Positions 1 to 10,545 of a stretch of DNA of 64,000 bases are shown here, piece after piece. The DNA is taken from contig CAJAQO010000083.1 in assembly GCA_903944085.1 (NCBI GenBank), forward strand, positions 6,590-70,589, read 5' to 3'. The first letter of the stretch is position 1. Each line of letters begins with the position of its first letter. Position numbers and translations under genes: made by a program. This DNA comes from an uncultured Verrucomicrobia subdivision 3 bacterium. GTDB taxonomy: Bacteria > Verrucomicrobiota > Verrucomicrobiia > Limisphaerales > UBA11358. The notes below the pieces were generated by a model. The model did no database searches, had not been told where the DNA came from, and was given only the letters and a program-made list of their open reading frames with translations.

Positions 1-4
1 AAAA

Positions 5-1003
5 ATGAAGCCGCTGGTTTCCATTTTGATTCCGGCCTACAACGCCGAGCCATGGATTGCCGACACGCTCCGGTCGGTGCTGGCGCAGACTTGGCCGCGC
101 AAGGAAATTGTCGTGGTGGACGACGGCTCGCGCGACGAAACTTTTTCGGTCGCGGAAAAATTCGCGTCGGCGGAGGTCAAAGTGGTCCGGCAAAAAAATG
201 CTGGCGCGTCCGCCGCGCGCAATCACGCATATAAATTGTGCCAGGGCGATTTCATCCAGTGGCTCGATGCGGATGACATTCTGGATGCCGAAAAAATTTC
301 GCGCCAGATGGCGCATGCGGAAAATGCGGACAAGAAAGTTTTGTGGTCGTCAGCCTGGGGCCGGTTCCACTTCCGGTTAAGCCACGCGACCATGAAAACG
401 AGCCCGCTGTGGGCCGACCTTTCGCCGGTGGAATGGCTGTTGCTGAAAATGAGCCAGGACTTGCACATGTCGAACAAGTCGTGGCTGGTGAGCCGCGAAC
501 TGACGGAAGCCTCCGGGCCGTGGGATGAAACGCTTTCGCTCGATGACGACGGTGAATATTTTTGCCGCGTGCTGCTGGCCAGCAGCGGCGTGAAATTTGT
601 GCCGGAGGCAAAATCGTATTACCGGATTTCCGGCACGGGCGGCTTGAGCAACGTGGATCACTCGCCCAAAAAATTGGAGTCGTTGTGGCTTTCGATGCAA
701 CGGCACATCCGCTATCTTCGTTCGCTGGAAGACAGCGCGCGAACCCGCGCGGCGTGTGTGGCGTATCTCGGCAACTGGGTGAATTATTTTTATCCGGTGC
801 GGCCCGATTTGATTGAGGCGGCGAAACAGCTGGCGGCGACGCTGGGCGGCCAGTTGGAATTGAAGCCGCTGCGCGCGAAATATGCGTGGCTGGAAAAACC
901 GTTTGGCCGGCCGTTTGCCAGCCACGCGCAGACGGTTTTGCCGAACCTCAAATCGTCGCTGGCCCGGTCGTGGGACCTAACGCTGTTCCGACTGGGCGGC
1001 TGA
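5..1003 (+). CDS. Glycosyltransferase family 2
   Basis: 332-aa ORF. Has the GT-A N-terminal signature ILIPAYNAEPWI...VVVDDGSRDET and a DxD-like WLDADD. First gene of a co-directional glycan cluster. Confidence 0.88.
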   Translation: MKPLVSILIPAYNAEPWIADTLRSVLAQTWPRKEIVVVDDGSRDETFSVAEKFASAEVKVVRQKNAGASAARNHAYKLCQGDFIQWLDADDILDAEKISRQMAHAENADKKVLWSSAWGRFHFRLSHATMKTSPLWADLSPVEWLLLKMSQDLHMSNKSWLVSRELTEASGPWDETLSLDDDGEYFCRVLLASSGVKFVPEAKSYYRISGTGGLSNVDHSPKKLESLWLSMQRHIRYLRSLEDSARTRAACVAYLGNWVNYFYPVRPDLIEAAKQLAATLGGQLELKPLRAKYAWLEKPFGRPFASHAQTVLPNLKSSLARSWDLTLFRLGG

Positions 1004-1009
1004 TTTTTT

Positions 1010-1828
1010 ATGGCGCAACGACTGATCATTGAAGCGGGCCGCACGGAGCGCCAATATTGGCGCGACCTGTGGCGTTACCGCGAGTTGTTCGTCTTTCTCG
1101 CCTGGCGCGACCTGCTCATCCGCTACAAGCAGACGGCGGTGGGCGTGGCGTGGGCGCTGTTTCGTCCGCTGCTCACGATGTTCGCACTGCTGGTGGTGAT
1201 GAAAGTAGGCAAGCTCAACACGGGCGGCGTGCCGGCGGCGCTGATGCTGTTCGCCGGGATTTTGCCCTGGCAGTTTTTTTCCACCGCGCTGTCCGAAAGC
1301 GGCTTGAGCCTGGTCAACAATTCCAATTTGATTTCCAAAGTTTATTTTCCCCGGCTGGTGGTGCCGGCGAGCAGCGTGATTACGAGCTTCGTGGACTTTC
1401 TGATCGCGGCCGTTTTTGCCGCGCTGCTGCTGGTCTGGTATCGGTTTTTGCCGCCGCTCAACATTTTGTGCCTGCCGTTTTTTTTGCTGCTCACGTTCGG
1501 CGCGTCGTTTGGCGCGGGCCTGTGGATCGCGGCGCTGATGGTGAAATATCGCGACTTCCGTTTCATCGTGCCGTTCGTGGTGCAGTTCGGTTTGTATGCC
1601 GCGCCGGTGCTGTATTTGACCAGCGGCATCCCGGAAAAATGGCGCCTGTTTTATTCGTTGAATCCGGTGGTGGGCATCATTGACGGCTTTCGCTGGTGCA
1701 TTTTGGGCGGGCAACATGTGATTTATTGGCCGGGCTTCGGCGCGTCGGTTGTCGGCGTGACGCTGTTGGTCTGGAGCGGCCTCTGGTATTTCCGCAAAAT
1801 GGAACGCACGTTTGCCGACATGATTTGA
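1010..1828 (+). CDS. ABC-2 type polysaccharide export permease (Wzm/TagG/KpsM-like)
   Basis: 272-aa multi-TM ORF. N-terminus YWRDLWRYRELFVFLAWRDLLIRYKQTAVGVAWA is typical of ABC-2 glycan exporters. Lies directly upstream of the cognate ATPase. Confidence 0.88.
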   Translation: MAQRLIIEAGRTERQYWRDLWRYRELFVFLAWRDLLIRYKQTAVGVAWALFRPLLTMFALLVVMKVGKLNTGGVPAALMLFAGILPWQFFSTALSESGLSLVNNSNLISKVYFPRLVVPASSVITSFVDFLIAAVFAALLLVWYRFLPPLNILCLPFFLLLTFGASFGAGLWIAALMVKYRDFRFIVPFVVQFGLYAAPVLYLTSGIPEKWRLFYSLNPVVGIIDGFRWCILGGQHVIYWPGFGASVVGVTLLVWSGLWYFRKMERTFADMI

Positions 1829-1855
1829 ACCCGGCTTTTTCAATTTAAGAACCTT

Positions 1856-3133
1856 GTGAGCGACGCGATCATCACCGCCGAAAATATTTCCAAGCGCTAT
1901 TGGCTGGGGCATCAGGCCAGCCAGGGCGATGGCATCCGGCATTTGCTGGAAACGGTGTTGCGCAATCCGGCGCACTGGTTCCAGGCGCGGCGCGAAAAAC
2001 GCCGGCGCGAGACGGAGGAATTTTGGGCGCTCAAGGATATTTCATTTCAGATCAAGGCGGGCGATGTGGTGGGCATCATCGGGCGCAACGGCGCGGGTAA
2101 GTCCACGCTGCTGAAAATTTTGAGCCGCATCACCGAGCCGACCACCGGGCGGATTGAAATTGAAGGGCGCGTCGCCAGCCTGCTCGAAGTGGGCACCGGC
2201 TTTCACGGCGACTTGAGCGGGCGCGAAAATATTTTTCTGAACGGCGCGATACTGGGCATGACCAAGGCGGAGATCAAAAAGAAATTTGATGAGATCGTCG
2301 CGTTTTCCGAGATTGAAAAATTCCTGGACACGCCGGTGAAACGCTATTCGAGCGGAATGTTCGTGCGGCTGGCGTTCGCGGTGGCGGCGCACCTGGAGCC
2401 GGAAATTTTGATCGTGGACGAGGTGCTGGCGGTCGGCGACGCCGCGTTTCAAAAAAAATGCCTCGGCAAAATGGACGAAGTTGCACGCGGCGGTCGCACG
2501 GTGCTGTTTGTCTCGCACAACATGGCGGTGATGCGGCAGCTCTGCAATGCCGGGCTGCTGCTGGATCAGGGCCGCGTGTTGCAGGCCGGCACCATCGGCG
2601 AGGTCGTGGACAGCTACCTCACCGTCGGCGTGCATACGGAAGGCCACTGGCAGCGTCCGCAGCCCATGCCGGACCAGCCGGGAATTTATTTTGAAACGGT
2701 CAGGATTTTGAACCAGCAGGGCGAGCCGGCGGGCCACTTGGATTGCACCGATAGTTTCACCGTGGAAATCATCGCACGGGCCACGGAAACGTTTAATCGC
2801 GGCCAGATTGCGCTGCGCATTACCAACAAAGAAAACATCATCGTGCTGACTTCCGGCCACAACGACGCGGCGGGCAAATGCCTGCCGGTCACGCCTGGCC
2901 GCCATCGCTTTCGCGTGACGATTCCGGGAAATTTTCTGGCACCGGACATTTATTATCTGCAAATTGCGGCGCAAGTGCCGCAGGTGAAGCTGTTCGACAT
3001 CATTGAAAACACGCTATCTTTTTGCGTGGAAGACACCGGCAGCTTGCGCACGATTTTTCACGACGAGCGCGCGGGCGTGATTCAGCCGGTGCTGGCGTGG
3101 GCCGATGAAGCGGGGTCGGAAGGTAAATCCTGA
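1856..3133 (+). CDS. Polysaccharide ABC transporter ATP-binding protein (Wzt/TagH-like) with C-terminal extension
   Basis: GTG start. Walker A GRNGAGKST, signature YSSGM, Walker B ILIVDE. Carries about 170 extra C-terminal residues, as in glycan-binding Wzt domains. Confidence 0.88.
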   Translation: MSDAIITAENISKRYWLGHQASQGDGIRHLLETVLRNPAHWFQARREKRRRETEEFWALKDISFQIKAGDVVGIIGRNGAGKSTLLKILSRITEPTTGRIEIEGRVASLLEVGTGFHGDLSGRENIFLNGAILGMTKAEIKKKFDEIVAFSEIEKFLDTPVKRYSSGMFVRLAFAVAAHLEPEILIVDEVLAVGDAAFQKKCLGKMDEVARGGRTVLFVSHNMAVMRQLCNAGLLLDQGRVLQAGTIGEVVDSYLTVGVHTEGHWQRPQPMPDQPGIYFETVRILNQQGEPAGHLDCTDSFTVEIIARATETFNRGQIALRITNKENIIVLTSGHNDAAGKCLPVTPGRHRFRVTIPGNFLAPDIYYLQIAAQVPQVKLFDIIENTLSFCVEDTGSLRTIFHDERAGVIQPVLAWADEAGSEGKS

Positions 3134-4395
3134 TGAGCCACGATGCGTCCAGAAAATTGAAAATTGCCGTCTGGCACAACCTGCCGAGCGGTGGCGGCAA
3201 ACGGGCCTTGTGGCAGCATGTCGTTGGTCTGCAGCGGCGCGGTCATTACCTCGAATCGTGGTGCCCTGTGTCGGCCGCCACCGGCTATCTGCCGTTCAGC
3301 CAGATTTGCCGCGAACATGCCCTGCCGCTCGTGACGCCCAAGCGCATCCGGTTTTTGAATTCGGCGGCGGACTTTTTGCTCATCAAGGCGCGCATCGAGG
3401 CCATGCGTGCGCACAGCCGCGCGTGCGCCGAACAAATCCACGCCGGCGGCTTCGACGTTTTGCTGGCAAACAGTTGCGCCAGCTTTGCCATGCCGGCCGT
3501 GGGCCGCTACGTCGAAATGCCCAAGGCAGTTTATTTGCAGGAACCTTACCGCCGGTTTTACGAGGCGTTGCCGGAATCATTTTGGGCCGCGCCGCTGCCG
3601 GAAAAATTTCAGTCTGTCACCAGCCTGCGGCGGCTGACCGCCACCACGCTGCGCCTGCAGGCGGCGCGCGTCCAGATGCGCGAGGAAATTGAAAACGCAA
3701 AACACTTTGACCGCGTTCTCGTGAATTCTTTTTTCAGCCGCGAAAGTTTGCTGCGCGCCTACGGTGTGGAGTCGGAAGTGTGCTATCTCGGCATTGACAC
3801 CGATCTGTTTCACCCGACGCACGAGCCGGTGGAAAATTACGTCATCAGCCTCGGCGCGGTGCATTTTCACAAGGGCGCGGACCGCGCTATCCGCGGCCTG
3901 GCCGTGATTCCGCCGGCGCGGCGACCCAAACTGGTTTGGGTCGGCAACGACGCGGGCACCAGTTACGTGGCCGAGATGAAAGCGCTGGCCAAACAACTCG
4001 GCGTGGAATTTGAAGTGAAAGTCATGGTGACGGATGCCGAGCTGGTGTCGCTGTTGAGCCGCGCCACCGCGCTGCTTTATGCCTCGCGGCTGGAACCGTT
4101 CGGCCTCGCGCCGCTGGAGGCGAACGCCTGCGGCACGCCGGTCATCGCCATCGCCGAGGGCGGCGTGCGCGAGTCCATTGCGCCGGGCGAAAATGGCTGG
4201 CTGGTGGCGGATGCGCGGCCGGAAACCATCGCGGCGGCGGTGCAAAAATTAATGGCGCAGCCGGCGCTGGCGGTGGAACTGCGCGCCCGCTGCCGAAACA
4301 CCGTTGTGGCGCGCTGGGGCATGGACGCGGCGGCGGAACGATTGGAAAAAGCGCTGCTGGCGACCGTGAACGGCCACCGACCGGCGACCGCATGA
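3133..4395 (+). CDS. Glycosyltransferase family 4 (GT-B)
   Basis: 420-aa ORF. C-terminal EX7E-type motif EPFGLAPLEANACGTPVIA. Its start overlaps the upstream stop by 1 nt. Confidence 0.85.
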   Translation: MSHDASRKLKIAVWHNLPSGGGKRALWQHVVGLQRRGHYLESWCPVSAATGYLPFSQICREHALPLVTPKRIRFLNSAADFLLIKARIEAMRAHSRACAEQIHAGGFDVLLANSCASFAMPAVGRYVEMPKAVYLQEPYRRFYEALPESFWAAPLPEKFQSVTSLRRLTATTLRLQAARVQMREEIENAKHFDRVLVNSFFSRESLLRAYGVESEVCYLGIDTDLFHPTHEPVENYVISLGAVHFHKGADRAIRGLAVIPPARRPKLVWVGNDAGTSYVAEMKALAKQLGVEFEVKVMVTDAELVSLLSRATALLYASRLEPFGLAPLEANACGTPVIAIAEGGVRESIAPGENGWLVADARPETIAAAVQKLMAQPALAVELRARCRNTVVARWGMDAAAERLEKALLATVNGHRPATA

Positions 4396-5384
4396 ACCAG
4401 CCGGGCACAACTCCGCTGGCCATTGTCATCCCGGCCTACAAAACGAAATTTCTCCGGGAAGCTTTGCAGTCCATCGCCGACCAGACTGATAAAAATTTTC
4501 AACTTTACGTCGGGGATGATTGCAGTCCGGAACCCGTCGCGGAAATCGTCCGCGAATTCGCCGGCCGGCTGCCGCTGCGATATCATCGGTTTGAGAATAA
4601 TCTCGGTGGCCGATCGCTCGTCCAACAATTTGAGCGCTGCTGCCGGCTCACCACGGAGCCGTGGGTCTGGATTTTTTCGGACGATGATGTCATGGACGCC
4701 GGCTGCGTGGCGGCATTTTTGGCGGAGTTGAAAAATACGTCGGCCAGTCATGACCTCTACCGTTTCAACACTGTCTGGGTCAACAGCACCAGCGGCAAAA
4801 GCTTGGTCAGTCCGCTGCATCCACAAAATGAAAGCGGCGCTGATTTTTTGCTCGCGCGGCTGCGCGGCGGCCGGAACAGCACCTTGCAGGAACTGATTTT
4901 TTCACGGGCCGCGTGGGAAGCGGTGGGCGGGATGCCGGATTTCCCGCTGGGCTGGGCGGCGGATGACGCACTCGTCGCCAAGCTGGGTCGGCAACGGCCC
5001 ATTCGGACTATCGCCGGAGCGCGCGTGAACTGGCGTTTGAGCGACGTGAACCTCACGAACGAGCAGACCACCGGCTCCGTCCGCATTAAAATCCGGGTGT
5101 CTCTTTGTTTTCTCCGATGGGTTAGCGATTTTTTTAAATCGCATCACCCAGCGCGGCTTGCGGAGGCCAAGCTCTCGATTGAACATAAATTGCTGCATGA
5201 GCTGGCCAACTGCTGGATTTTTTTGGACCGGCCGACGTGCCGCGAAGTGGATGCGCTGGGCGTGGACGTTTTGGGCCATCGCCGCGGCTGGGGCTGGTGG
5301 AAAGGTTTGCAGTTGAACGCGCGGCTCGCGCTGATAAAAATTTTGCTGCGCCTGAAAATTCCATGCGAAAAATTCTTTGCCTGA
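4392..5384 (+). CDS. Glycosyltransferase family 2
   Basis: N-terminus LAIVIPAYKTKFLREALQSIADQTDKNFQLYVGDDCSPE. ATGA overlap with the upstream gene. Confidence 0.82.
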   Translation: MNQPGTTPLAIVIPAYKTKFLREALQSIADQTDKNFQLYVGDDCSPEPVAEIVREFAGRLPLRYHRFENNLGGRSLVQQFERCCRLTTEPWVWIFSDDDVMDAGCVAAFLAELKNTSASHDLYRFNTVWVNSTSGKSLVSPLHPQNESGADFLLARLRGGRNSTLQELIFSRAAWEAVGGMPDFPLGWAADDALVAKLGRQRPIRTIAGARVNWRLSDVNLTNEQTTGSVRIKIRVSLCFLRWVSDFFKSHHPARLAEAKLSIEHKLLHELANCWIFLDRPTCREVDALGVDVLGHRRGWGWWKGLQLNARLALIKILLRLKIPCEKFFA

Positions 5385-6547
5385 CCAGCCACAACCTCGA
5401 CCATCCGGCGCACGGCGCGGTGGTGCGGGCGCGGAGCATTTTCAAGCTGCTGGAGCGCTGCGGCGAAGTCCGGCTGGTGCTGGCCGGCTTTCATAAATTG
5501 TGGGGCGAGCAACTACCATCGGCCTGCCGCGATTTTGAACTGCTCCGCACGGTTTATTTTGAGCCGACACCAAACCGTTCGCTGCGCGAACGCGTGCGGC
5601 ACGAGCTTGATCCGCGTTTCATGAACACCGAATGGATGCAAGCCAATGCCGCCGACCAGGCTTGGCTCCAATCGGCCATCGCCGAGCACGATCTTGTGTG
5701 GATTCACGGCCTGGATCTGGCCAACGGCTTCGGCCGGTGGCACTGGCCCAATTCGGTGTTGGACATTGATGATATTCCCAGCTCCGTGCATCGCTCGCGG
5801 CTGGCGCAAGCCGCCGGCAGCCGCGAAAAAATCCGCCACCGCTGGCAGATGCGACGCTGGCAACGCCACGAAAAACTGCTGGGCGAACGCTTCAACGGCG
5901 TCTGCGTTTGCAGCGAACCGGACGTGGAAAAATTAAACTTGCCGGGAAAAACTTTCGTCGTGCAAAACGGTTTTGACGCGCCGAAAAATCCGATTGCCCG
6001 ACAGCTGGTCACGCCGCCGCGCATCGGATTTATCGGCAATTTCAGCCACCCGCCCAACCGGCAGGGCGTGGAATGGTTTCTCGCCCGCGTGTGGCCGTTG
6101 ATCCGCCAAAAAATTCCTTCGGCCCGGCTGCGGCTGGCGGGCGCGAAAAGCACGGAGATTTCCTGGCCGGCAGACCAGAACGTGGACACGCTCGGCTGGA
6201 TTGCGGATTCCGAAAGCGAAATGGCCACCTGGTCGCTGGCGATGGTGCCGGTGCTGACGGGCGGCGGCACGCGCGTGAAAATCGCGGAAGCTTTAAGCCG
6301 CCGCTGCCCGATGGTCTCGACCTCGCTCGGCGCCTACGGCTACGATCTGGCGGACGGCCAGGATATTTTCATCGCCGACACCGCCGAAACATTTGCGGCC
6401 CGCTGCCTGCAGATTTTGAACGACCCCGCCGGCGGGCAGGCGCTGGCGGATAACAGTTGGAAAAAATTCCTCGAACGCTGGACGTGGGAGGCACAGGCAG
6501 ACCGCGTGGCCAAAGTCGTCGAAACCGTTGCCAGCGCGCCGCGATAA
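5363..6547 (+). CDS. Glycosyltransferase (GT-B, family 4-like)
   Basis: The ORF-track entry 5237..6547 was trimmed to the ATG at 5363 (MRKILCLTSHNL...) to avoid a long overlap. C-terminal GGGTRVKIAEAL...STSLGAYG is typical of GT-B sugar-donor domains. Confidence 0.78.
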   Translation: MRKILCLTSHNLDHPAHGAVVRARSIFKLLERCGEVRLVLAGFHKLWGEQLPSACRDFELLRTVYFEPTPNRSLRERVRHELDPRFMNTEWMQANAADQAWLQSAIAEHDLVWIHGLDLANGFGRWHWPNSVLDIDDIPSSVHRSRLAQAAGSREKIRHRWQMRRWQRHEKLLGERFNGVCVCSEPDVEKLNLPGKTFVVQNGFDAPKNPIARQLVTPPRIGFIGNFSHPPNRQGVEWFLARVWPLIRQKIPSARLRLAGAKSTEISWPADQNVDTLGWIADSESEMATWSLAMVPVLTGGGTRVKIAEALSRRCPMVSTSLGAYGYDLADGQDIFIADTAETFAARCLQILNDPAGGQALADNSWKKFLERWTWEAQADRVAKVVETVASAPR

Positions 6548-6555
6548 ATTCTATC

Positions 6556-7506
6556 ATGCGCGAACCGCTCATCACCGTCGTCATTCCGTGCTATAACCGC
6601 AGCGCGCTGCTGCGGCGTGCGATTGACAGCGCGTTGGCGCAGAATGTTCCCGCCGCCGAAATCATCGTGGTGGACGACGGCTCCACCGACGACAGCCCGG
6701 CAGTGTGCGCCAGCTACGGCCAACGCATCGCATACGTCCGGCAGAAAAACGCTGGTGCGTCCGCCGCCCGCAACACCGGCGTCAACCGCGCAAAAAATCC
6801 GTGGATTGCGTTTTTGGATTCGGACGATTACTGGACGCCGACGCATTTGGAAAAAATGGCCGGTGCCATCGCGGAAACCGACGGCGTGGCGAATTATTAT
6901 TTCTGCGATATGCAAATGGGCGAGCGACCCAACGCCGGCACGCTCTGGCAGGCACTGGGTTTCGCGCCGCAGAAAGCCGTGCAATTGACAGCAGACGGCA
7001 CGAACTGGGCGTTCTTGAAACGCCAGCCGTTGATGCTCCAGTGCGCGGTGATCCACAAAGACGCGTGGCTGGCCAGCGGCGGGCTGGAGCCGCGTTTCCG
7101 GCTCGTGCATGACACGGACATTTTTTTCCATTTGAGCGTCGGCGCAAAAGTTTGCGCGGTGGCCGGCGTCGGCTGCGTGCAGACCGATGACGATGTGAGC
7201 GCCGTGCGCTTGACGACCGCCGTGTCATCGCATGGCGCGGCATATTGGGAAGAGTGCGTGGGCATGTGGGAAAAAGTTTTGGAAAAACTGCCGGCGTTAC
7301 GGCCGCCTTACCGGACCATCGCACGATTCAGTCTTGCCGCCGCGCACTGGCGCTTATTCCGATTAAGCTGGGCTGCCGGCCAGCGCGCCCGCAGCCTCGG
7401 GCATTTGCCGAAAATGATTTTGGCCGATCCGGCGTTTTTATTTTTGCTGCTCGTTCACCGGCGTTCGGACGAGGCCGCGCCGGTGGTGCCACCGGAATAC
7501 AAATAA
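6556..7506 (+). CDS. Glycosyltransferase family 2
   Basis: Trimmed to the ATG at 6556 (MREPLITVVIPCYNRSALLRRAIDSALAQ...VVDDGSTDDS), with DSDD as the DxD motif. Confidence 0.85.
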   Translation: MREPLITVVIPCYNRSALLRRAIDSALAQNVPAAEIIVVDDGSTDDSPAVCASYGQRIAYVRQKNAGASAARNTGVNRAKNPWIAFLDSDDYWTPTHLEKMAGAIAETDGVANYYFCDMQMGERPNAGTLWQALGFAPQKAVQLTADGTNWAFLKRQPLMLQCAVIHKDAWLASGGLEPRFRLVHDTDIFFHLSVGAKVCAVAGVGCVQTDDDVSAVRLTTAVSSHGAAYWEECVGMWEKVLEKLPALRPPYRTIARFSLAAAHWRLFRLSWAAGQRARSLGHLPKMILADPAFLFLLLVHRRSDEAAPVVPPEYK

Positions 7507-7512
7507 TTTTTC

Positions 7513-8220
7513 ATGTTCAAACCAGCTTCAAGCGACGGAATACGCCGCATTTTTTTCGGCCTCCTTACACGCAGGGAGCGCTGGAGCTTGTCGTGGCGCG
7601 GCTGGCTGGCGCTGCTTTTGACAGCTGCGGGTGTGGGTGGTGTTTGGATGTTGCAAGTGCATTCGTTTCTCGCGCCAACGCGGCGCGTGGACACCAAAAT
7701 TCTCGTGGTGGAAGGCTGGGTGCAGGAGTGTTTTCTCCGCGCGGCGATGGCGGAATTTCAAACCGGGCATTACGAAAAAATTTACACCACCGGCGGGCCG
7801 ATCATCGGCAGCGACGGTGCTACGAATGATTACAACACCTCGGCGAGCGTGGGCGCGGAACTGCTGGTGAAATTTGGGATGCCCAAAGATTTGGTGCAGA
7901 TGGTGCCGTCGCACGTCGCGGGCCGCGACCGCACTTACAGTTCGGCCCTGGCGCTGCGCGAATGGTTTCGCACCCACGCGCTTGCCGGAAAAAATTTCAA
8001 CGTGCTGACTGAGGACGCGCACGGCCGACGCACGCAAATGCTGTTTCAAAAAGCGTTCGGCGCGGAGGCCACCGTGGGCATCATCGCAGTGACTAATCCG
8101 GATTATGAGCCGCCGCGCTGGTGGCGTTACAGCGAAGGCGTGCGGGAAATTCTGGGCGAAAGCATCGCCTGGTTTTACGCCGCCGTTTTTTTTCATCCAG
8201 ACCCGCCGCCGGGCCGGTGA
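7513..8220 (+). CDS. DUF218 / YdcF-ElyC family envelope protein
   Basis: 235-aa ORF with an N-terminal TM segment. The ILVVEGW...YTTGG core and its position in a glycan locus fit the DUF218 fold. This is recognised by eye only. Confidence 0.55.
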   Translation: MFKPASSDGIRRIFFGLLTRRERWSLSWRGWLALLLTAAGVGGVWMLQVHSFLAPTRRVDTKILVVEGWVQECFLRAAMAEFQTGHYEKIYTTGGPIIGSDGATNDYNTSASVGAELLVKFGMPKDLVQMVPSHVAGRDRTYSSALALREWFRTHALAGKNFNVLTEDAHGRRTQMLFQKAFGAEATVGIIAVTNPDYEPPRWWRYSEGVREILGESIAWFYAAVFFHPDPPPGR

Positions 8221-8280
8221 AATCCCGTTCGTGTGCAACGCCCTTGATTCCCGCCTGATAATTCAGGAAGATAAACGCCT

Positions 8281-9591
8281 GTGAACTCGAAAACCACAAT
8301 CGGGCCATGCGCCTGCATCGGCCGCTTCAGCCTGTGGGGCGTGCTGCTGGCGACCGGTTTGCTGGTGGATGAACACCTCACCGCCGCGTCGTCGGTGATT
8401 GCCAGCCAGGCTCCGAGCACTCCGCTGACGACCGACTGGCAGCAAGCCCAGCCGAGCGAAATGGACGTGTTTATTCCGTTCGGAGAGGCTCCGGCGGCCA
8501 CCGTGCCGCAGATCTTTCGCTACGACTCGGTCGTGTTGCGGCCTCATGCCGACTATCGTTTTACTTATGGCAACGGCGTCCAGTCCGGCCCCAGCAACCA
8601 GCAGTCAACAGCCATCCACGAGCTTTCTCCCGGCGTGCGCGCCAGCCTCGGCTCGCACTGGGCGGTGGATTACACGCCCACGATCCGCTTTTATTCCAAC
8701 AGCAAGTTCAACGACACCGTTGATCATTCATTTGAGCTGACCGGGGGCAGCCAGTTTGAGGCGTGGGCTTTCGGTTTTTCCCACAGCTCGCAGCTCACGT
8801 CTGCGCCGCTGGCGGAAACTGGCACCCAGACGGATCAGGCCACGCATACAACCGCGCTGACGGCCGCGCGCGCGCTCGGCAGCAAGATGTCAGTGGATTT
8901 CGCCGCGAACCAGCAGATCAATTTGGTCAGCGGCTTTCAGGATTCCTACGACTGGTCCACGCTCGACTGGTTGAACTACCAGTTCTGGCCGCGCCTGAAC
9001 GTCGGCTTGGGCGCGGGCGGCGGTTACGAGGCCATTGATGACAACACCCAAACGCGCAGCACCAATAATCTCGACCAGACTTACGAGCAATTGCAGGCGC
9101 GCGTCAACTGGCGGGCCACGGATAAAATCAGTTTTCAAATCAGCGGCGGCTTGGAGGACCGGCAGTTCATGACCAGCGGCACCAGCGATTCGCTGAATCC
9201 CATCTTCGGCGCGACCATCCAATATCAGCCGTTTCAAGTGACGCAGCTTTCATTGAGCGCCAATCGCACGGTGAGTTCGTCCGATTATTATGCCCAGGCC
9301 CAGCAGACGGAAATCACCAGCCTCAGCGTGAATCTCAACCAGCGCCTGCTCAAAAAATTCAGTCTGGGTTTGGGCTTCGCCTATTCCACGACGGCTTACA
9401 ACACGTCGGTCAACGTGGGGTCAACGAGCCGCACGGACGACAATGTTTCGTTCAATGCCCGGTTGAGCCATCCTTGTTTCCAGCGCGGCACCTGGTCGGT
9501 TTTTTATCAAAACAACGACAACCGCTCCTCGCAGCCCGGCTTGAGTTTCCAGAGCAATCAAGTGGGCTTCGAAATCAGCTACAGCTATTAA
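8281..9591 (+). CDS. Putative outer-membrane beta-barrel protein associated with the exosortase system
   Basis: GTG start, 436 aa. S/T/N/Q/Y-rich alternating pattern and an aromatic C-terminus (EISYSY). Sits immediately upstream of the exosortase, as PEP-CTERM-system barrel proteins do. Confidence 0.5.
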   Translation: MNSKTTIGPCACIGRFSLWGVLLATGLLVDEHLTAASSVIASQAPSTPLTTDWQQAQPSEMDVFIPFGEAPAATVPQIFRYDSVVLRPHADYRFTYGNGVQSGPSNQQSTAIHELSPGVRASLGSHWAVDYTPTIRFYSNSKFNDTVDHSFELTGGSQFEAWAFGFSHSSQLTSAPLAETGTQTDQATHTTALTAARALGSKMSVDFAANQQINLVSGFQDSYDWSTLDWLNYQFWPRLNVGLGAGGGYEAIDDNTQTRSTNNLDQTYEQLQARVNWRATDKISFQISGGLEDRQFMTSGTSDSLNPIFGATIQYQPFQVTQLSLSANRTVSSSDYYAQAQQTEITSLSVNLNQRLLKKFSLGLGFAYSTTAYNTSVNVGSTSRTDDNVSFNARLSHPCFQRGTWSVFYQNNDNRSSQPGLSFQSNQVGFEISYSY

Positions 9592-9629
9592 AACCGCGCC
9601 GGCCCGATGTTTGAAGTTGAGGAACTATC

Positions 9630-10544
9630 ATGCCTGACTTGACCGCACACCCGGTTTCATCCCGCGCGCAGTATCGAAAATTTGCGCTGGCTGCCGCCGT
9701 GCTTTCGCTCGGCTTCATTGTGCCGCTGTGGCGATTGTTCTGGTTTTCCATCGGCGACGAACTGCATTCCTACATTCCGCTGATGCCGCTGGTCTGCGGA
9801 TATCTGATTTGGACGCAAAAATCACAGCTGCCAACCAGCTCGGTTTCGGCGCGCAAACTGGCCGGCTTTTTTTCCCTCGCGGGCAGCGCGGCGACCGCCG
9901 GTTATTTTGCGGTTTCACACTCGGCCACGCCGGCCACCGTTGAGAATTGCCTGGCGCTTTCCACCGGCGCGTGGCTGTTGTTTTTGACCGCCGCCGGCTG
10001 CTGGTTTTTGGGCGGGGCCGCGATGCGCGTGCTTGCCTTCCCGTTTTTCCTGCTGATATTCATGCTGCCGTTCCCGGTGGTTTTGCGCGAAGGCATCGAG
10101 GCCGGACTGCAACACGGTTCGGCGGTGGTGGCGGACTGGATGTTCACCCTGACCGGCATGCCGGTGATGCGGGAAGGCATGCTGTTCCGGCTGCCGGGCA
10201 TCAGCTTGCGCGTCGCGCCGGAATGCAGCGGCATCCACTCGACCCTGATTTTGTTCATCACGAGCCTGCTGGCCGGCCAGATGATTTTGCGCCGGCCATG
10301 GAAGCGCGCGGTGCTATGCCTCGCGGTGCTGCCGCTCGCGCTGCTGCGCAACGGTTTTCGCGTATTTGTGCTCGGCGAACTGTGCGTCCACGTCAATCCG
10401 GGGATGATTGATTCGCCGATCCATCACCATGGCGGCCCGCTGTTTTTTATATTATCATTGGGGCCATTTTTCCTGCTACTGTATTACTTAAGAAAAACCG
10501 AACCAACGGGCGCGGCGGGACCGGCGTCCGATTCAGAAAAATAA
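9630..10544 (+). CDS. Exosortase (EpsH/Xrt family transpeptidase)
   Basis: 304-aa polytopic membrane protein. Has the catalytic-Cys motif APECSGIHS, the downstream LLRNGFRVFVL (conserved Arg) and an HHHGGPLFF segment. Confidence 0.85.
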   Translation: MPDLTAHPVSSRAQYRKFALAAAVLSLGFIVPLWRLFWFSIGDELHSYIPLMPLVCGYLIWTQKSQLPTSSVSARKLAGFFSLAGSAATAGYFAVSHSATPATVENCLALSTGAWLLFLTAAGCWFLGGAAMRVLAFPFFLLIFMLPFPVVLREGIEAGLQHGSAVVADWMFTLTGMPVMREGMLFRLPGISLRVAPECSGIHSTLILFITSLLAGQMILRRPWKRAVLCLAVLPLALLRNGFRVFVLGELCVHVNPGMIDSPIHHHGGPLFFILSLGPFFLLLYYLRKTEPTGAAGPASDSEK

Positions 10545-10545
10545 T